This document shows, piece after piece, positions 47,970-58,216 of a stretch of DNA of 64,000 bases. Position 1 is the first letter of the stretch. Every line of letters starts with the position of its first letter. The notes under the pieces were generated by a model. That model ran no database searches and was not told where the DNA came from. It saw nothing but the letters and a program-made list of their open reading frames with translations. The position numbers were made by a program, and so were the translations under genes. The DNA is taken from positions 113,208 to 177,207 of the forward strand of contig JAQUDJ010000001.1 of assembly GCA_028685755.1 (NCBI GenBank), written 5' to 3'. This DNA is from Eubacteriales bacterium (GTDB lineage Bacteria; Bacillota; Clostridia; Saccharofermentanales; UBA5734).

Positions 47970-48311
47970 ATGGTAGCATCGCTTTCGACTCGACTCCGAA
48001 AGATCCGCAGACAGCGCAAATTGACTCAGTTGCAAATGTCTGTTTTATTAGGTGTCAAACGAACCACCTATGTTCATTACGAAACGGGCATTCGAAAGCC
48101 TTCAATTGATCAATTGATTCTAATGGCAAGCCAACTTGGCACATCATTAGATTATCTCGTCGGCATTTCAAACTTCGAATTGACTTACGAAAACGCTCAA
48201 AAAGGTGGCGTTGTGAAAAAAACTCGCCGCACACGTGGCGCAAACGCTAAAGCGTATGTTATTCCAAAACCTGATTTGTCTGAAGTCGCCGATCGCGATC
48301 CTGGCCAGTGA
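47970..48311 (+). CDS. XRE-family helix-turn-helix transcriptional regulator
   Basis: The HTH_3 pattern is LRKIRRQRKLTQLQMSVLLGV.RTTYVHYETG.R.PS. The gene starts 2 nt after the preceding stop. Confidence 0.85.
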   Translation: MVASLSTRLRKIRRQRKLTQLQMSVLLGVKRTTYVHYETGIRKPSIDQLILMASQLGTSLDYLVGISNFELTYENAQKGGVVKKTRRTRGANAKAYVIPKPDLSEVADRDPGQ

Positions 48312-48332
48312 CCCTGCTTTTCTGATTATTTC

Positions 48333-50024
48333 TTAACTGTTTTTTCGCTTGTCTTCATACATACGAGCATCACTGCGCGACAATATAGCATCAGATGATT
48401 CTTGACCTGGCACAAAATGTTCGATGCCAACTGAGATCCCAACGGATAATTCCCTATCATTCAAAATAAATGAATGAGTAAAGCTTTCCTTAATTCGTTC
48501 AACTAGTAATTTATCTTGATCCAGAGCATTAGTTTGAGCCAAAATCACGAATTCATCGCCACCTATTCGGTAAACATGATCTGTTGAACGAATGCAATTC
48601 TGGAGCCTGTTAGCGGATAATCGCAGGACCTCATCGCCTAAGGCATGCCCAAACGTATCATTAATCGATTTAAAACGGTTGAGATCAAGAAAGAGGATCG
48701 ATCGTTGAGCTTGGTCTCGGCTTTTCTGCCAATGATCTAGCTGTCGAAACATAGCTACGCGGTTGCCTAAACCGGTTAAAGGATCGCGTAATATTTCAGA
48801 TTCTAGCAAATCATGCTTTGACTTCACATTGGCGATTTGGATGACCACAAAAACTGAAATGAAAAGGACAAATAGGATTGAGGTAAAAAACAGGCCGTAT
48901 CGATTTTTTAGCGGGCTTATTTCAATAAGACCGCCGATAATAAGTGAACTAAATCCGATTGTGGCATATACAAAATCTTTATAATTATGCCTCAATCCAT
49001 TCACCAAGATATAAAGGGTGTAAGCAGTTAAGCCAATTATTACAATTTGTACATATACAAAGGACTCTGTTAATACAGCATTGGGGACGAGTAATACAAA
49101 AAGGATTGTCGCAGGAATTGCACCAAGGTAAATGTTAAATAAGATTGGTTTGCTTCGTTTGATTTTAAACTCTTCGAGTAACATCCCCGCTAAGGGAATA
49201 AATAAATAGCCACTCAAATATTCAATTCTGATTATCGCCATGAGTGGCATATTGGGAAATACGATTTGGATCAAATGGATCCCCGTACTAACCATGCGCA
49301 GTGCGATCATCAAAAGAAATGCTGCCATTAAAATTGAGCGATTTTCGCGTTGCCAAAGGCTGAGTAAAACAAATAACACTCCTAGTGCCAACACGAAGGC
49401 AAGAATCATGACTTCGATGCTCAAGAGATTATTAAAATGCTTTTCTATTGTTTTAGCTTGGCCTATCAATGGCGCATTCCAAAAGCCACCATTTGAACGT
49501 GAAAAATTTGCGATTTCTATGGTTATAATCGTCTGCCCAGATTGGTCTGCGATAAAATAACCTGTATCTGAATAGACTCTCGGTGTGTAGTCTGATTGTA
49601 CTTTACCAACCTGTCCATTTTGGAGGATAAGGTTGCCATTTATCATTAAAGAATAAGCACTGAATTCATCCTGAATATAAACCCCATACATCGATCCAGG
49701 CTGTAAACCGGTCACGATTAATCGATATGTTGCAAAGCCATACGCATAACCAGTCGCCGGGTCTTTGTCCCATTTGTGTTCAACTACTACGGTTTGAGGG
49801 TTTTCAGTTTGTCCGGTTGGGATTTCATTTGCTAGTAAGCCAGGATAATATTGCCAATCACCCAACAGATTATTCAATTGACGAACATCATTGAGTGTGA
49901 CATTCAAATGGCCATCAACCGCATGTACAGGAATCAATTTGATTTGTTGTACTTGCTGAACCCAGCCGACAAAGCCAATTACTATTATGACGAGAAAAAA
50001 TGTAGCAATCAATTTTTGTTTCAT
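48333..50024 (-). CDS. Diguanylate cyclase with a 7TM-DISM sensor module
   Basis: It has a signal anchor, an extracellular beta-rich domain, 7 TM segments and a GGDEF domain (RIGGDEFV). Confidence 0.88.
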   Translation of the reverse strand: MKQKLIATFFLVIIVIGFVGWVQQVQQIKLIPVHAVDGHLNVTLNDVRQLNNLLGDWQYYPGLLANEIPTGQTENPQTVVVEHKWDKDPATGYAYGFATYRLIVTGLQPGSMYGVYIQDEFSAYSLMINGNLILQNGQVGKVQSDYTPRVYSDTGYFIADQSGQTIITIEIANFSRSNGGFWNAPLIGQAKTIEKHFNNLLSIEVMILAFVLALGVLFVLLSLWQRENRSILMAAFLLMIALRMVSTGIHLIQIVFPNMPLMAIIRIEYLSGYLFIPLAGMLLEEFKIKRSKPILFNIYLGAIPATILFVLLVPNAVLTESFVYVQIVIIGLTAYTLYILVNGLRHNYKDFVYATIGFSSLIIGGLIEISPLKNRYGLFFTSILFVLFISVFVVIQIANVKSKHDLLESEILRDPLTGLGNRVAMFRQLDHWQKSRDQAQRSILFLDLNRFKSINDTFGHALGDEVLRLSANRLQNCIRSTDHVYRIGGDEFVILAQTNALDQDKLLVERIKESFTHSFILNDRELSVGISVGIEHFVPGQESSDAILSRSDARMYEDKRKNS

Positions 50025-50060
50025 TAAATCCCCTGAGAGGGTCCTTGAATTAATTAAAAA

Positions 50061-50111
50061 TGGTTCTAACTAACCAAATCATCGGCAAGTTAGAACCATT
50101 TCTTATTTGAG
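50061..50111 (-). terminator. rpoBC terminator
   Basis: On the minus strand, AAATGGTTCTAAC-18 nt-GTTAGAACCATTT forms a 13-bp stem followed by TTAATTAATT, with the stem itself ending in T3. The reverse orientation also carries a T-rich tail. Confidence 0.8.
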
Positions 50112-50146
50112 GTTATTCACCGTGTGCCATTCATTCAGAAGCTCGT

Positions 50147-53100
50147 TCAGCCCTGTTCGAGTAACTCACGGTTGTCTTCGATGACCGGCACTGGGGTGAT
50201 GTTGCGATAACGCGCCATACCGGTGCCGGCTGGGATCAATTTACCAATGATGACGTTTTCTTTGAGGCCGAGCAGTGGATCGATCTTGCCTTTGACGGCC
50301 GCATCGGTGAGGACACGGGTCGTTTCTTGGAAGGAGGCAGCCGACAGGAAAGAATCCGTTGCAAGCGAAGCCTTGGTGATTCCGAGCAGGACGCGTTTGC
50401 CGCTGGCCGGGATTTGTCCGGTGCCATTGACGCGATCGTTTTCACGCATGAATTCGAACATATCGACCATGCTGCCGGTCATCAATTCGGTTTCACCCGG
50501 ATCATCAATACGAACTTTACGCATCATCTGGCGGGTGATGATTTCAATGTGTTTATCATTGATTTCAACACCGTTGTTCTTATAGACCTTGAGAACTTCG
50601 CGAATGATGTAGCGTTGGACGCCTGAGACGCCTTTGATTCGCATGATATCGTGCGGATTAAGGGAACCATCGGTGATTTGGTCACCGGCTTCAAGGGTGT
50701 CACCTGTATTGACGATCAGCGGTGAGCTAAGGGCAATGGTGTAGACCTTGGTTTCGCCGTCCGGTGCCGTGATTGTAACATCACGTTTGCGTTTGCTCGT
50801 TTCTTCGACTTTGACTACGCCGCTGATATCCGTGACGATTGCTTGGCCCTTTGGTTTGCGAGCTTCGAAGAGTTCTTCAACACGGGGCAAACCTTGTGTA
50901 ATATCGTCACCAGACGCGATGCCACCGGTATGGAAGGTACGCATCGTGAGCTGGGTGCCAGGTTCACCGATTGACTGAGCGGCCATAATGCCAACTGCTT
51001 CACCACCAACGACCGGTTCACCAGATGCCAAGTTGAGGCCATAGCAGTGGGCACATACGCCAATTCGAGCTTTGCACGCGAGGACCGAGCGGATCGGGAC
51101 TTTGGTCAAGCCACTCGCGACGATCGCATCGGCAATTTTGTCGGTGATCAGATCGTTTTTGCCAACGAAAACTTCGCCGGTTTCCGGGTGAACAATTTCG
51201 AGGGCAGCATAACGGCCCGTGATGCGATCTTCAAGGGATTTGACAATACGTTTGGATTTGACGCCACCACCAACGGTGACTTCGCGAACATTGACGTATT
51301 CTTCCGTGCCACAGTCTTCTTCGCGGACGATAACGTCTTGGGCGACGTCAACAAGACGACGTGTTAAATAACCTGAGTCAGCGGTCTTTAACGCCGTGTC
51401 GGACAGCGCTTTGCGGGCGCCATGTGACGAGATGAAGAATTCGAGCACGTTCATGCCTTCACGCAGGTTAGACTTGATCGGAATTTCAATCGTCTTACCG
51501 GATGTGTCGGTCATGTTACCGCGCATACCAGCGAGCTGTTTAATCTGGTTGATGTTACCACGAGCACCAGATTGGGACATCATGTAAACCGGGTTGAATT
51601 GGCTCAAATTAGCTTTCAATGCTTCGGTGATGCTGTCGGTCGTTTTACGCCAAATTTCGATAACCGCTTTGTATCGGCCCTCTTCATTGAGCAAACCACG
51701 CTGATGCTGCTTTTTAATGAATTCAACTTTGGCTTCGGCTTCTTCGATATGCTTTTTCTTGACATCTGGGACGATCATGTCAAAGATACCGATCGAGATA
51801 CCACCGCGGGTTGAATAGTGATAGCCGAGTGATTTGATTTTGTCGAGAATAATTGCAGTTTCGGTAATCCCATGGGTGCGGATGCAGCGTTCAATGATAT
51901 TGCCCAATTCCTTTTTGCCAGCTATGAAATCGCATTCAAGCTTGAAGGCATTTTCGGGGAGTGAACGATCAATGTAGCCGATATCCTGCGGGATAATTTC
52001 GTTAAAGATGATGCGACCGAGGGTCGAACTGATCAGCGCTGTTTTTTCAACGCCATCAATAACCAAGGTGCGACGGACTTTGATCTGGGTGTGGAGTTCG
52101 AGTTCACCATCGTCATAAGCCATGACAGCTTCGTCAACGCTCGTGAAAGCTTTGCCTTCGCCTTTTTCGCCATCTTTACTAATCGTCAGATAGTAGCAAC
52201 CCATAACCATATCCTGAGTCGGAACGGTGACTGGTTTGCCGTCCTGCGGTTTGAGCAGGTTATTGGCGGAGAGCATGAGAAAACGGGCTTCAGACTGGGC
52301 TTCAGCGGACAGTGGCACGTGAACAGCCATTTGGTCACCGTCGAAGTCAGCATTATATGCTGTACAAACGAGTGGATGGAGCTTGATTGCGCGGCCTTCA
52401 ACGAGAACGGGCTCAAAAGCTTGGATGCCAAGGCGATGCAGCGTAGGTGCACGGTTCAGAAGAACTGGATGATCTTTGATGACTTCTTCAAGGGTGTCCC
52501 ACACGAGGTCATTGGCACGATCAACCAAGCGGCGAGCCGTCTTGATGTTGTGCGCATAACCAGCCTGGACAATTTTTTTCATGACGAAAGGCTTGAAGAG
52601 TTCGAGAGCCATTTCTTTCGGCAGACCACACTGGTGGAGCTTGAGTTCTGGACCAACGACGATAACGGAACGGCCAGAGTAGTCAACACGTTTACCCAGC
52701 AAGTTCTGACGGAAACGGCCCTGTTTACCTTTGAGCAGGTCGGACAGGGATTTGAGTGCGCGGTTGCCAGCGCCGGTGACTGGACGGCCACGACGACCGT
52801 TGTCGATCAGCGCATCGACAGCTTCCTGGAGCATGCGCTTTTCGTTGCGGACGATGATTTCCGGCGCACCGAGTTGCAACAGCTTGTTGAGGCGATTGTT
52901 GCGGTTGATGACACGACGATATAAGTCGTTCAAGTCAGAAGTCGCAAAGCGGCCACCGTCGAGCTGAACCATCGGGCGCAATTCAGGCGGGAGTACAGGA
53001 AGGACGTCAAGAATCATCCAATCCGGACGATTGCCTGACTTTTTGAAGGCTTCAACAACCTCGAGACGTTTGACAATACGAACTTTTTTCTGCCCGCTCG

Positions 53101-53695
53101 CTGTGCGGAATTCTTCGCGCAAGTCTGTGGCCATTTCGCTGATATTGATCGAACTGAGGAGTTCTTTGATCGCTTCTGCACCCATTTTGGCACGGAAGGT
53201 ATTCTTGCCGTACGCGTCGATTGCATCGCGGTATTCTTTGTCATTGATAACCTGACGAACCGAAAAAGTCGTCTGGCCGGGATCGATGACAACATATGCG
53301 GCAAAATAGAGGACTTTTTCGAGATTGCGTGGGGTCATGTCTAACAAGAGACCCATGCGGCTCGGAATGCCACGGAAGTACCAGATATGGGAAACCGGGG
53401 CAGCTAATTTGATATGGCCGAGACGTTCACGACGAACTTTAGCTTTAGTGACTTCAACGCCGCAACGATCACAAACAATGCCTTTGTAACGGATTTTTTT
53501 GTACTTACCACAATGGCATTCCCAGTCCTTGGTTGGCCCGAAAATCTTTTCACAGAAAAGGCCGTCGCGTTCTGGTTTGAGCGTGCGGTAATTGATGGTC
53601 TCAGGCTTTTTGACCTCGCCACGGGACCATTCGAGAATTTTCTCCGGAGAAGCCAGGTTAATCCCAATGGCTTCGAAATTGTTCATTTCAAACAT
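50147..53695 (-). CDS. rpoC: DNA-directed RNA polymerase subunit beta'
   Basis: 1182 aa. It has the zinc motif CHCGKY..C..CGVE and the NADFDGD catalytic loop. Confidence 0.98.
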   Translation of the reverse strand: MFEMNNFEAIGINLASPEKILEWSRGEVKKPETINYRTLKPERDGLFCEKIFGPTKDWECHCGKYKKIRYKGIVCDRCGVEVTKAKVRRERLGHIKLAAPVSHIWYFRGIPSRMGLLLDMTPRNLEKVLYFAAYVVIDPGQTTFSVRQVINDKEYRDAIDAYGKNTFRAKMGAEAIKELLSSINISEMATDLREEFRTASGQKKVRIVKRLEVVEAFKKSGNRPDWMILDVLPVLPPELRPMVQLDGGRFATSDLNDLYRRVINRNNRLNKLLQLGAPEIIVRNEKRMLQEAVDALIDNGRRGRPVTGAGNRALKSLSDLLKGKQGRFRQNLLGKRVDYSGRSVIVVGPELKLHQCGLPKEMALELFKPFVMKKIVQAGYAHNIKTARRLVDRANDLVWDTLEEVIKDHPVLLNRAPTLHRLGIQAFEPVLVEGRAIKLHPLVCTAYNADFDGDQMAVHVPLSAEAQSEARFLMLSANNLLKPQDGKPVTVPTQDMVMGCYYLTISKDGEKGEGKAFTSVDEAVMAYDDGELELHTQIKVRRTLVIDGVEKTALISSTLGRIIFNEIIPQDIGYIDRSLPENAFKLECDFIAGKKELGNIIERCIRTHGITETAIILDKIKSLGYHYSTRGGISIGIFDMIVPDVKKKHIEEAEAKVEFIKKQHQRGLLNEEGRYKAVIEIWRKTTDSITEALKANLSQFNPVYMMSQSGARGNINQIKQLAGMRGNMTDTSGKTIEIPIKSNLREGMNVLEFFISSHGARKALSDTALKTADSGYLTRRLVDVAQDVIVREEDCGTEEYVNVREVTVGGGVKSKRIVKSLEDRITGRYAALEIVHPETGEVFVGKNDLITDKIADAIVASGLTKVPIRSVLACKARIGVCAHCYGLNLASGEPVVGGEAVGIMAAQSIGEPGTQLTMRTFHTGGIASGDDITQGLPRVEELFEARKPKGQAIVTDISGVVKVEETSKRKRDVTITAPDGETKVYTIALSSPLIVNTGDTLEAGDQITDGSLNPHDIMRIKGVSGVQRYIIREVLKVYKNNGVEINDKHIEIITRQMMRKVRIDDPGETELMTGSMVDMFEFMRENDRVNGTGQIPASGKRVLLGITKASLATDSFLSAASFQETTRVLTDAAVKGKIDPLLGLKENVIIGKLIPAGTGMARYRNITPVPVIEDNRELLEQG

Positions 53696-53719
53696 TTAGC
53701 GTAATTCTCCTTCCGCACC

Positions 53720-56700
53720 TTACTCGACATCGTCTGTGAGATCGCCGGTTACTTCCGCTTCGCCAAAGTCTTCGAATTCAGCAAAAGCATCTGTCATATC
53801 GAGTTCGGCGGTGACGCCACCTTCTTCGTCGAGCAGACCTTCTGAGAAACCTGCAGCGGCGAAATCTTCAAGGACTTCAGCGCTACCGATCAGTTCATCG
53901 AGTTTGCTGCGATCGATTTCAGGGACATCGGTCTCTTCGTCAACGGTTTCTTTGATGTCGAGCATTTCGTTCGTTTCTGAGAAAATGCGAACATCGAGAG
54001 CCAGAGACTGCAGTTCTTTAACAAGAACTTTAAATGATTCTGGAACGCCTGCTTCTGGAACGCTTTCGCCTTTGACGATGGCTTCATAGGTCTTGGTACG
54101 ACCAGTGATATCGTCGGACTTGACGGTCAAGATTTCTTGCAGGGTGTAGCTGGCGCCGTATGCTTCGAGCGCCCAGACTTCCATTTCACCGAAGCGCTGG
54201 CCACCGAACTGAGCTTTACCACCGAGCGGTTGCTGAGTGACAAGGGAGTACGGCCCAATGGAACGGGCATGGATTTTGTCATCGACCAAGTGGAGCAGTT
54301 TGAGGTAGTACATAACACCAACGGTGATACGGTTCTCAAACGGCTGTCCGGTGCGGCCATCGTAAAGGATGGTCTTTCCGTCGTCATCGATGCCAGCCAT
54401 TTTGAAGGCTTCGACAACATCGGCTTCGGTAGCACCATCAAAGACCGGTGTGGCGATCTTCCAGCCAAGCTGGCGGGCAGCACGACCGAGGTGAACTTCA
54501 AGCAACTGGCCAATGTTCATACGGGATGGAACGCCAAGTGGGTTCAGAACGATGTCCAGCGGGGTGCCATCTGGCATGAAAGGCATGTCTTCTTCCGGCA
54601 AAATGCGGGAGATAACACCTTTGTTACCATGGCGGCCGGCCATTTTGTCACCAACCGAGATCTTACGTTTCTGAGCGATGTAGACGCGAACGAGGCGATT
54701 AACGCCATGTTTGAGGTCATCATCATTTTCACGGGTGAAAACTTTGACATCTACGACGATACCGGATTCACCGTGTGGTACACGGACGGAGGTGTCGCGA
54801 ACTTCGCGGATTTTTTCACCAAAGATCGCGCGGTAGAGACGTTCTTCAGCAGTGAGTTCGGTTTCACCCTTAGGTGTAACCTTGCCAACGATGATGTCAC
54901 CAGAGCGGACTTCAGCACCGATGCGAATGATACCGTATTCGTCGAGATCTTTGAGCGCATCGTCACCGACGTTAGGGATTTCACGTGTGATTTCTTCCGG
55001 ACCTAGTTTAGTGTCGCGGGCTTCACACTCGTATTCCTCAATGTGGATTGATGTGTAAACATCTTCGCGAACCAAACGCTCGCTGATTAGGACGGCATCT
55101 TCGTAGTTGTAGCCTTCCCATGTCATAAAGCCGATCAAGACATTGCGACCGAGCGCGATTTCACCGTTGTCGGTGGATGGACCGTCAGCGATGATATCAC
55201 CGGCTTTGACGATTTCGCCACGTTTGACGAGCGGACGCTGATTGATACAAGTGCCTTGGTTCGAGCGCTGGTATTTGACGAGATTATAAGAGTCTTGGCT
55301 CATTGAGCCGGTTTTGATAATGATTTTATTGGCTGAAACAAATTCAACCGTACCGGTGTTTTTGGCAATCAAGCAAACGCCGGAGTCTTTAGCTGCGTAA
55401 TATTCCATCCCGGTACCGATAATCGGTGACTCGGTGCGGATCAGCGGAACAGCCTGACGTTGCATGTTGGAACCCATCAGCGCACGGTTCGCATCATCGT
55501 TGCCGAGGAACGGAATCAAGGCGGTGGCAACGGAAACGAGCTGTTTCGGTGAAACGTCCATCAAGTCGACACGAGCCGGATCAACTTCGATAAATTGATC
55601 GAGGTAGCGGCAAACGATCTGGCGGTCAATGAACTTGCCTTTTTCGTCGAGTGGTTCGTTAGCCTGGGCGATGTAGAAGAAATCTTCTTCATCAGCGGTC
55701 ATGTAACGGACTTCTCGGGTGACGATGCCTTTTTGTTTGTCATAGACGCGATAGGGGGTTTCGATGAAACCATAACGGTTGACTCGGGCATATGTCGCCA
55801 AGGAGTTGATCAAACCGATGTTCGGACCTTCAGGTGTTTCGATGGGGCACATACGGCCGTAGTGAGATGTATGAACGTCGCGGACTTCGAAGTTTGCACG
55901 TTCACGCGACAGCCCACCTGGCCCAAGGGCTGATAGACGACGCTTGTGAGTCAATTCGGCCAGCGGGTTAGGCTGATCCATAAACTGCGACAACTGCGAT
56001 GATCCGAAGAATTCTTTAATAGCAGCACTGACCGGACGGGTGTTGACGATCTGCTGTGGGGTCGCGCTGGCCATATCGGTCAACGTACCCATACGTTCGC
56101 GGACAACACGTTCCATGCGGGAGAACCCAACACGAATCTGGTTCTGCAAAAGTTCACCGACTGAACGGACGCGGCGGTTACCGAGATGATCAATGTCGTC
56201 TTTGTTGCCGACACCGTATTCGAGGCCAATCAAGTAGCTGACCGACGCCACGATGTCTTCGACAGTCAAATGCTTAGGCATTAGCTCGGAGACTTTAGTT
56301 GAGAGTAGCTGGCGCAGAACCTGTGCCGGATTTTCACTAGCCTGTGCTTCGTGAATAATCTGTTGCAGGATGGTCGTCCGGACTTTTTCGGTGACGCCAA
56401 GGGTCTTGACATCGAGATCGCCGAGCACGTCAGCACCGATGCGAGCCTTGAGATATTCCTGTGCGTTGACTCGGTTATTACCGATGACGCGCAGTTTGTT
56501 CTCATTTTGGATGATCGAGTCACCGACTACATTCATCGGGAAAATCGTCACGGCCGTGATACCAGCAGTCTGAATCGCTTCAGCAATCGCGAGGGTGATG
56601 ATTTCGCCCTCAGCAACGAGCAATTCGCCATTGTCATCAACGACATTTTCAGCAGCTTTGTGGCCAGACAAACGACGAGCCAAGCTGAGCTTTTTGTTGA

Positions 56701-57523
56701 GCTTGTAAATACCGACCCGAGCAAGGTCATAGCGTTTCGGATCGAAGAACATATTATGCAGTAGAGTCTCTGCGCCTTCGACGGAAATTGGTTCACCCGG
56801 ACGGAGTTTTTTGTAAAGTTCTTGGAGGCCTTCTTCACGCGTACGGCAACCGTCCTTGAGCATAGTCTGCGTCAAGCTGCTTTCTTCGCCAAAGGCTTCG
56901 ATGATTTGTTCGTTGGTACCAAAGCCCAAAGAACGCAGGAAAATGGTCAGGTGGAACTTACGCGTACGATCGACACGAACCCAAAGTAGGTCATTCGCGT
57001 CGGTTTCGTATTCAAGCCATGCACCGCGATTCGGAATAATCTGCGATGAGATCAGCTCCTTGTCGGTTTTGTCGGCAGCCATGGAGAAATAAGCACCTGG
57101 TGAACGGACGAGCTGCGAAATGATAACACGTTCGGCACCGTTAATAATAAACGTACCGTTGTCTGTCATAATCGGGAATTCGCCGATATAGATATACTGA
57201 TCTTTGAGGATGTCATCGCGTTTGTTATGCAAGCGCACTTTAACACGCATTGGCGAGGCAAAATTAGCGTCGCGTTCTTTGCATTCTTCGATAGCATATG
57301 TTGGACTTTGGGTGTCAAATTCCTTGTCGATGAATGAAAGCTCGATGTCGCCCGAATAATCGGTTATCGGCGATACATCGCGCAGGACCTCCATCAGGCC
57401 CTCATCCAGAAACCACTGGTAACTGTTTTTCTGGATTTCGATGAGATTCGGGATGTCAATGACCTCATCGATTCTCGAGTAGGACATTCTCTCGGCTCTT
57501 CCCAGTTTGACGGGACGCACCAT
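53720..57523 (-). CDS. rpoB: DNA-directed RNA polymerase subunit beta
   Basis: About 1267 aa with canonical beta motifs and an acidic C-terminal tail of about 80 aa. The ATG is at 57523, with GAGGTG 7 nt upstream. Confidence 0.98.
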   Translation of the reverse strand: MVRPVKLGRAERMSYSRIDEVIDIPNLIEIQKNSYQWFLDEGLMEVLRDVSPITDYSGDIELSFIDKEFDTQSPTYAIEECKERDANFASPMRVKVRLHNKRDDILKDQYIYIGEFPIMTDNGTFIINGAERVIISQLVRSPGAYFSMAADKTDKELISSQIIPNRGAWLEYETDANDLLWVRVDRTRKFHLTIFLRSLGFGTNEQIIEAFGEESSLTQTMLKDGCRTREEGLQELYKKLRPGEPISVEGAETLLHNMFFDPKRYDLARVGIYKLNKKLSLARRLSGHKAAENVVDDNGELLVAEGEIITLAIAEAIQTAGITAVTIFPMNVVGDSIIQNENKLRVIGNNRVNAQEYLKARIGADVLGDLDVKTLGVTEKVRTTILQQIIHEAQASENPAQVLRQLLSTKVSELMPKHLTVEDIVASVSYLIGLEYGVGNKDDIDHLGNRRVRSVGELLQNQIRVGFSRMERVVRERMGTLTDMASATPQQIVNTRPVSAAIKEFFGSSQLSQFMDQPNPLAELTHKRRLSALGPGGLSRERANFEVRDVHTSHYGRMCPIETPEGPNIGLINSLATYARVNRYGFIETPYRVYDKQKGIVTREVRYMTADEEDFFYIAQANEPLDEKGKFIDRQIVCRYLDQFIEVDPARVDLMDVSPKQLVSVATALIPFLGNDDANRALMGSNMQRQAVPLIRTESPIIGTGMEYYAAKDSGVCLIAKNTGTVEFVSANKIIIKTGSMSQDSYNLVKYQRSNQGTCINQRPLVKRGEIVKAGDIIADGPSTDNGEIALGRNVLIGFMTWEGYNYEDAVLISERLVREDVYTSIHIEEYECEARDTKLGPEEITREIPNVGDDALKDLDEYGIIRIGAEVRSGDIIVGKVTPKGETELTAEERLYRAIFGEKIREVRDTSVRVPHGESGIVVDVKVFTRENDDDLKHGVNRLVRVYIAQKRKISVGDKMAGRHGNKGVISRILPEEDMPFMPDGTPLDIVLNPLGVPSRMNIGQLLEVHLGRAARQLGWKIATPVFDGATEADVVEAFKMAGIDDDGKTILYDGRTGQPFENRITVGVMYYLKLLHLVDDKIHARSIGPYSLVTQQPLGGKAQFGGQRFGEMEVWALEAYGASYTLQEILTVKSDDITGRTKTYEAIVKGESVPEAGVPESFKVLVKELQSLALDVRIFSETNEMLDIKETVDEETDVPEIDRSKLDELIGSAEVLEDFAAAGFSEGLLDEEGGVTAELDMTDAFAEFEDFGEAEVTGDLTDDVE

Positions 57524-57587
57524 CAATGATCACCTCACGCATATTCTAGGCTTTTAAAGGCCCGATTCCGGGTTCTAGAAAAAAGAA

Positions 57588-57615
57588 TTGACGAGTTCCC
57601 GGCTGATGCTATAAT
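57588..57615 (+). promoter_or_regulatory. Near-consensus plus-strand promoter inside the rpoB upstream region
   Basis: TTGACG (57588-57593), a 16-nt spacer and TGcTATAAT (57607-57615). It points away from rpoB. Confidence 0.5.
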
Positions 57616-57688
57616 TGACTTAAATCAAGTCAGTTCCAACCCCGAAAAGGGCAGGGAAATCCCCTCCACCTTCTAGGCGCGTTATAGT

Positions 57689-57717
57689 ATGTTATCACCA
57701 GTCTGTAAAAGTGTCAA
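57689..57717 (-). promoter_or_regulatory. Candidate rpoBC promoter
   Basis: On the minus strand, TTGACA (57717-57712), a 17-nt spacer and TGaTAACAT (57697-57689). This would give a leader of about 160 nt. Confidence 0.45.
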
Positions 57718-57740
57718 TTCAAATCGGCACTTTTTTTATT
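57707..57740. terminator. Bidirectional intrinsic terminator overlapping the rpoB -35
   Basis: AAAAGTGTC-10 nt-GGCACTTTT forms a 9-bp stem that includes one G-U pair. T7 follows on the plus strand. The paired A-tract supplies a U-run on the minus strand. Confidence 0.5.
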
Positions 57741-58006
57741 GCCAAAATTTCAGTTTCCAAAAGATTCACAAGTTAAAAGGGATACTCGCTTTCCTCCAGT
57801 GACGGGGCGTTCTGGAGGTAGCGGTGGTGGTGATTTTGGCGTTAGCTGATCTAGGCGATTGAAGTGGGACTAATCAAAAAATGAAGTTTTTGATAGCATT
57901 CAATCTGACATCCTTATTGCAACCGTGAAGATCATGCATAAGGAGATCATTCATAAAAAGGATAACGGACCTAATCGCCTAGAAATCGAACATTCCGGTT
58001 CACTTT

Positions 58007-58038
58007 CCCAAAAGGGTACGACCCCATCCGCCGAGCGA
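58007..58038. repeat. Inverted partial copy of the 44-bp unit
   Basis: cccaaaagggtacgaccccatccg is the imperfect reverse complement of cggatgggtgtccgtagcccttttgg in the tandem units. It is followed by a direct-oriented CCGAGCGA. Confidence 0.85.
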
Positions 58039-58045
58039 GTTCGCA

Positions 58046-58079
58046 GAAACGCCGTAATCGCAGGCGATTACGGCGTTTC
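58046..58079. other. Perfect 15-bp stem / 4-nt loop hairpin
   Basis: GAAACGCCGTAATCG-CAGG-CGATTACGGCGTTTC. No U-tract follows on either strand. Confidence 0.9.
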
Positions 58080-58086
58080 GAGAATG

Positions 58087-58216
58087 TCCGAGCGAACGGA
58101 TGGGTGTCCGTAGCCCTTTTGGTTGTGTTTTCCGAGCGAACGGATGGGTGTCCGTATCCCTTTTGGTTGTGTTTTCCGAGCGAACGGATGGGTGTCCGTC
58201 GCTCTTTTGGCAATTT
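58087..58216. repeat. Three tandem 44-bp units (REP/BIME-like or terminator array)
   Basis: The units are 58087-58130, 58131-58174 and 58175-58216. Units 1 and 2 are 43/44 identical. Unit 3 shares the first 25 nt, gains a longer stem, and overlaps the PPIase stop codon. Confidence 0.92.

Larger units (their letters stand above)
57622..57740 (+). ncRNA. Candidate small RNA of about 115 nt, antisense to the start of the rpoB leader
   Basis: It is bounded by the plus-strand promoter and the 57707-57740 terminator. It contains three small hairpins and no ORF. The call is hypothetical. Confidence 0.3.

Noticed and set aside
50025-50146. An independent strong promoter for the GGDEF gene between rpoC and its start was considered.
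   Set aside because: Only 36 nt separate the rpoC terminator from the ATG. The best match (TTGGTT-17-ATTAAT) is weak and nested in the terminator's 3' arm, so I do not call it.
57640-57672. A tRNA/tmRNA-like 3' end (GGGAAATCCCCTCCACC) was considered.
   Set aside because: The T-arm-like stem has a 4-5 nt loop instead of 7. There is no acceptor-stem partner, D-arm or anticodon arm, and no CCA context. It does not fold as a tRNA-like domain.
57881-57928. A 15-codon sORF (MKFLIAFNLTSLLQP) on the plus strand was considered as a leader or hydrophobic micropeptide.
   Set aside because: Its ATG lies in the loop of the ATCAAAAA/TTTTTGAT hairpin and has no Shine-Dalgarno sequence. No downstream gene on that strand could be regulated by it.
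57851-57982. An invertible DNA switch was considered: 10-bp inverted repeats flanking 112 bp, controlled by the nearby recombinase-like gene.
   Set aside because: The recombinase homologue lacks its catalytic Ser and Arg. The inverted repeats are only 10 bp. I could not find a promoter inside the segment. RNA secondary structure is a simpler explanation.
57925-58213. ORF-track entries 57925-58113 (+, 62 aa) and 57971-58213 (-, 80 aa) were considered as real small proteins.
   Set aside because: Both are read through the tandem/inverted repeats, which is why their peptide sequences are repetitive. Neither has an RBS. One uses a GTG start and the other begins inside the PPIase stop region. They are most likely artefacts of an ORF-free repeat region.
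58087-58216. A CRISPR array was considered because of the regularly repeated units.
   Set aside because: The 44-bp units are directly adjacent with no unique spacers. There are only three copies, and the window has no cas genes. This is a tandem repeat, not a repeat-spacer array.
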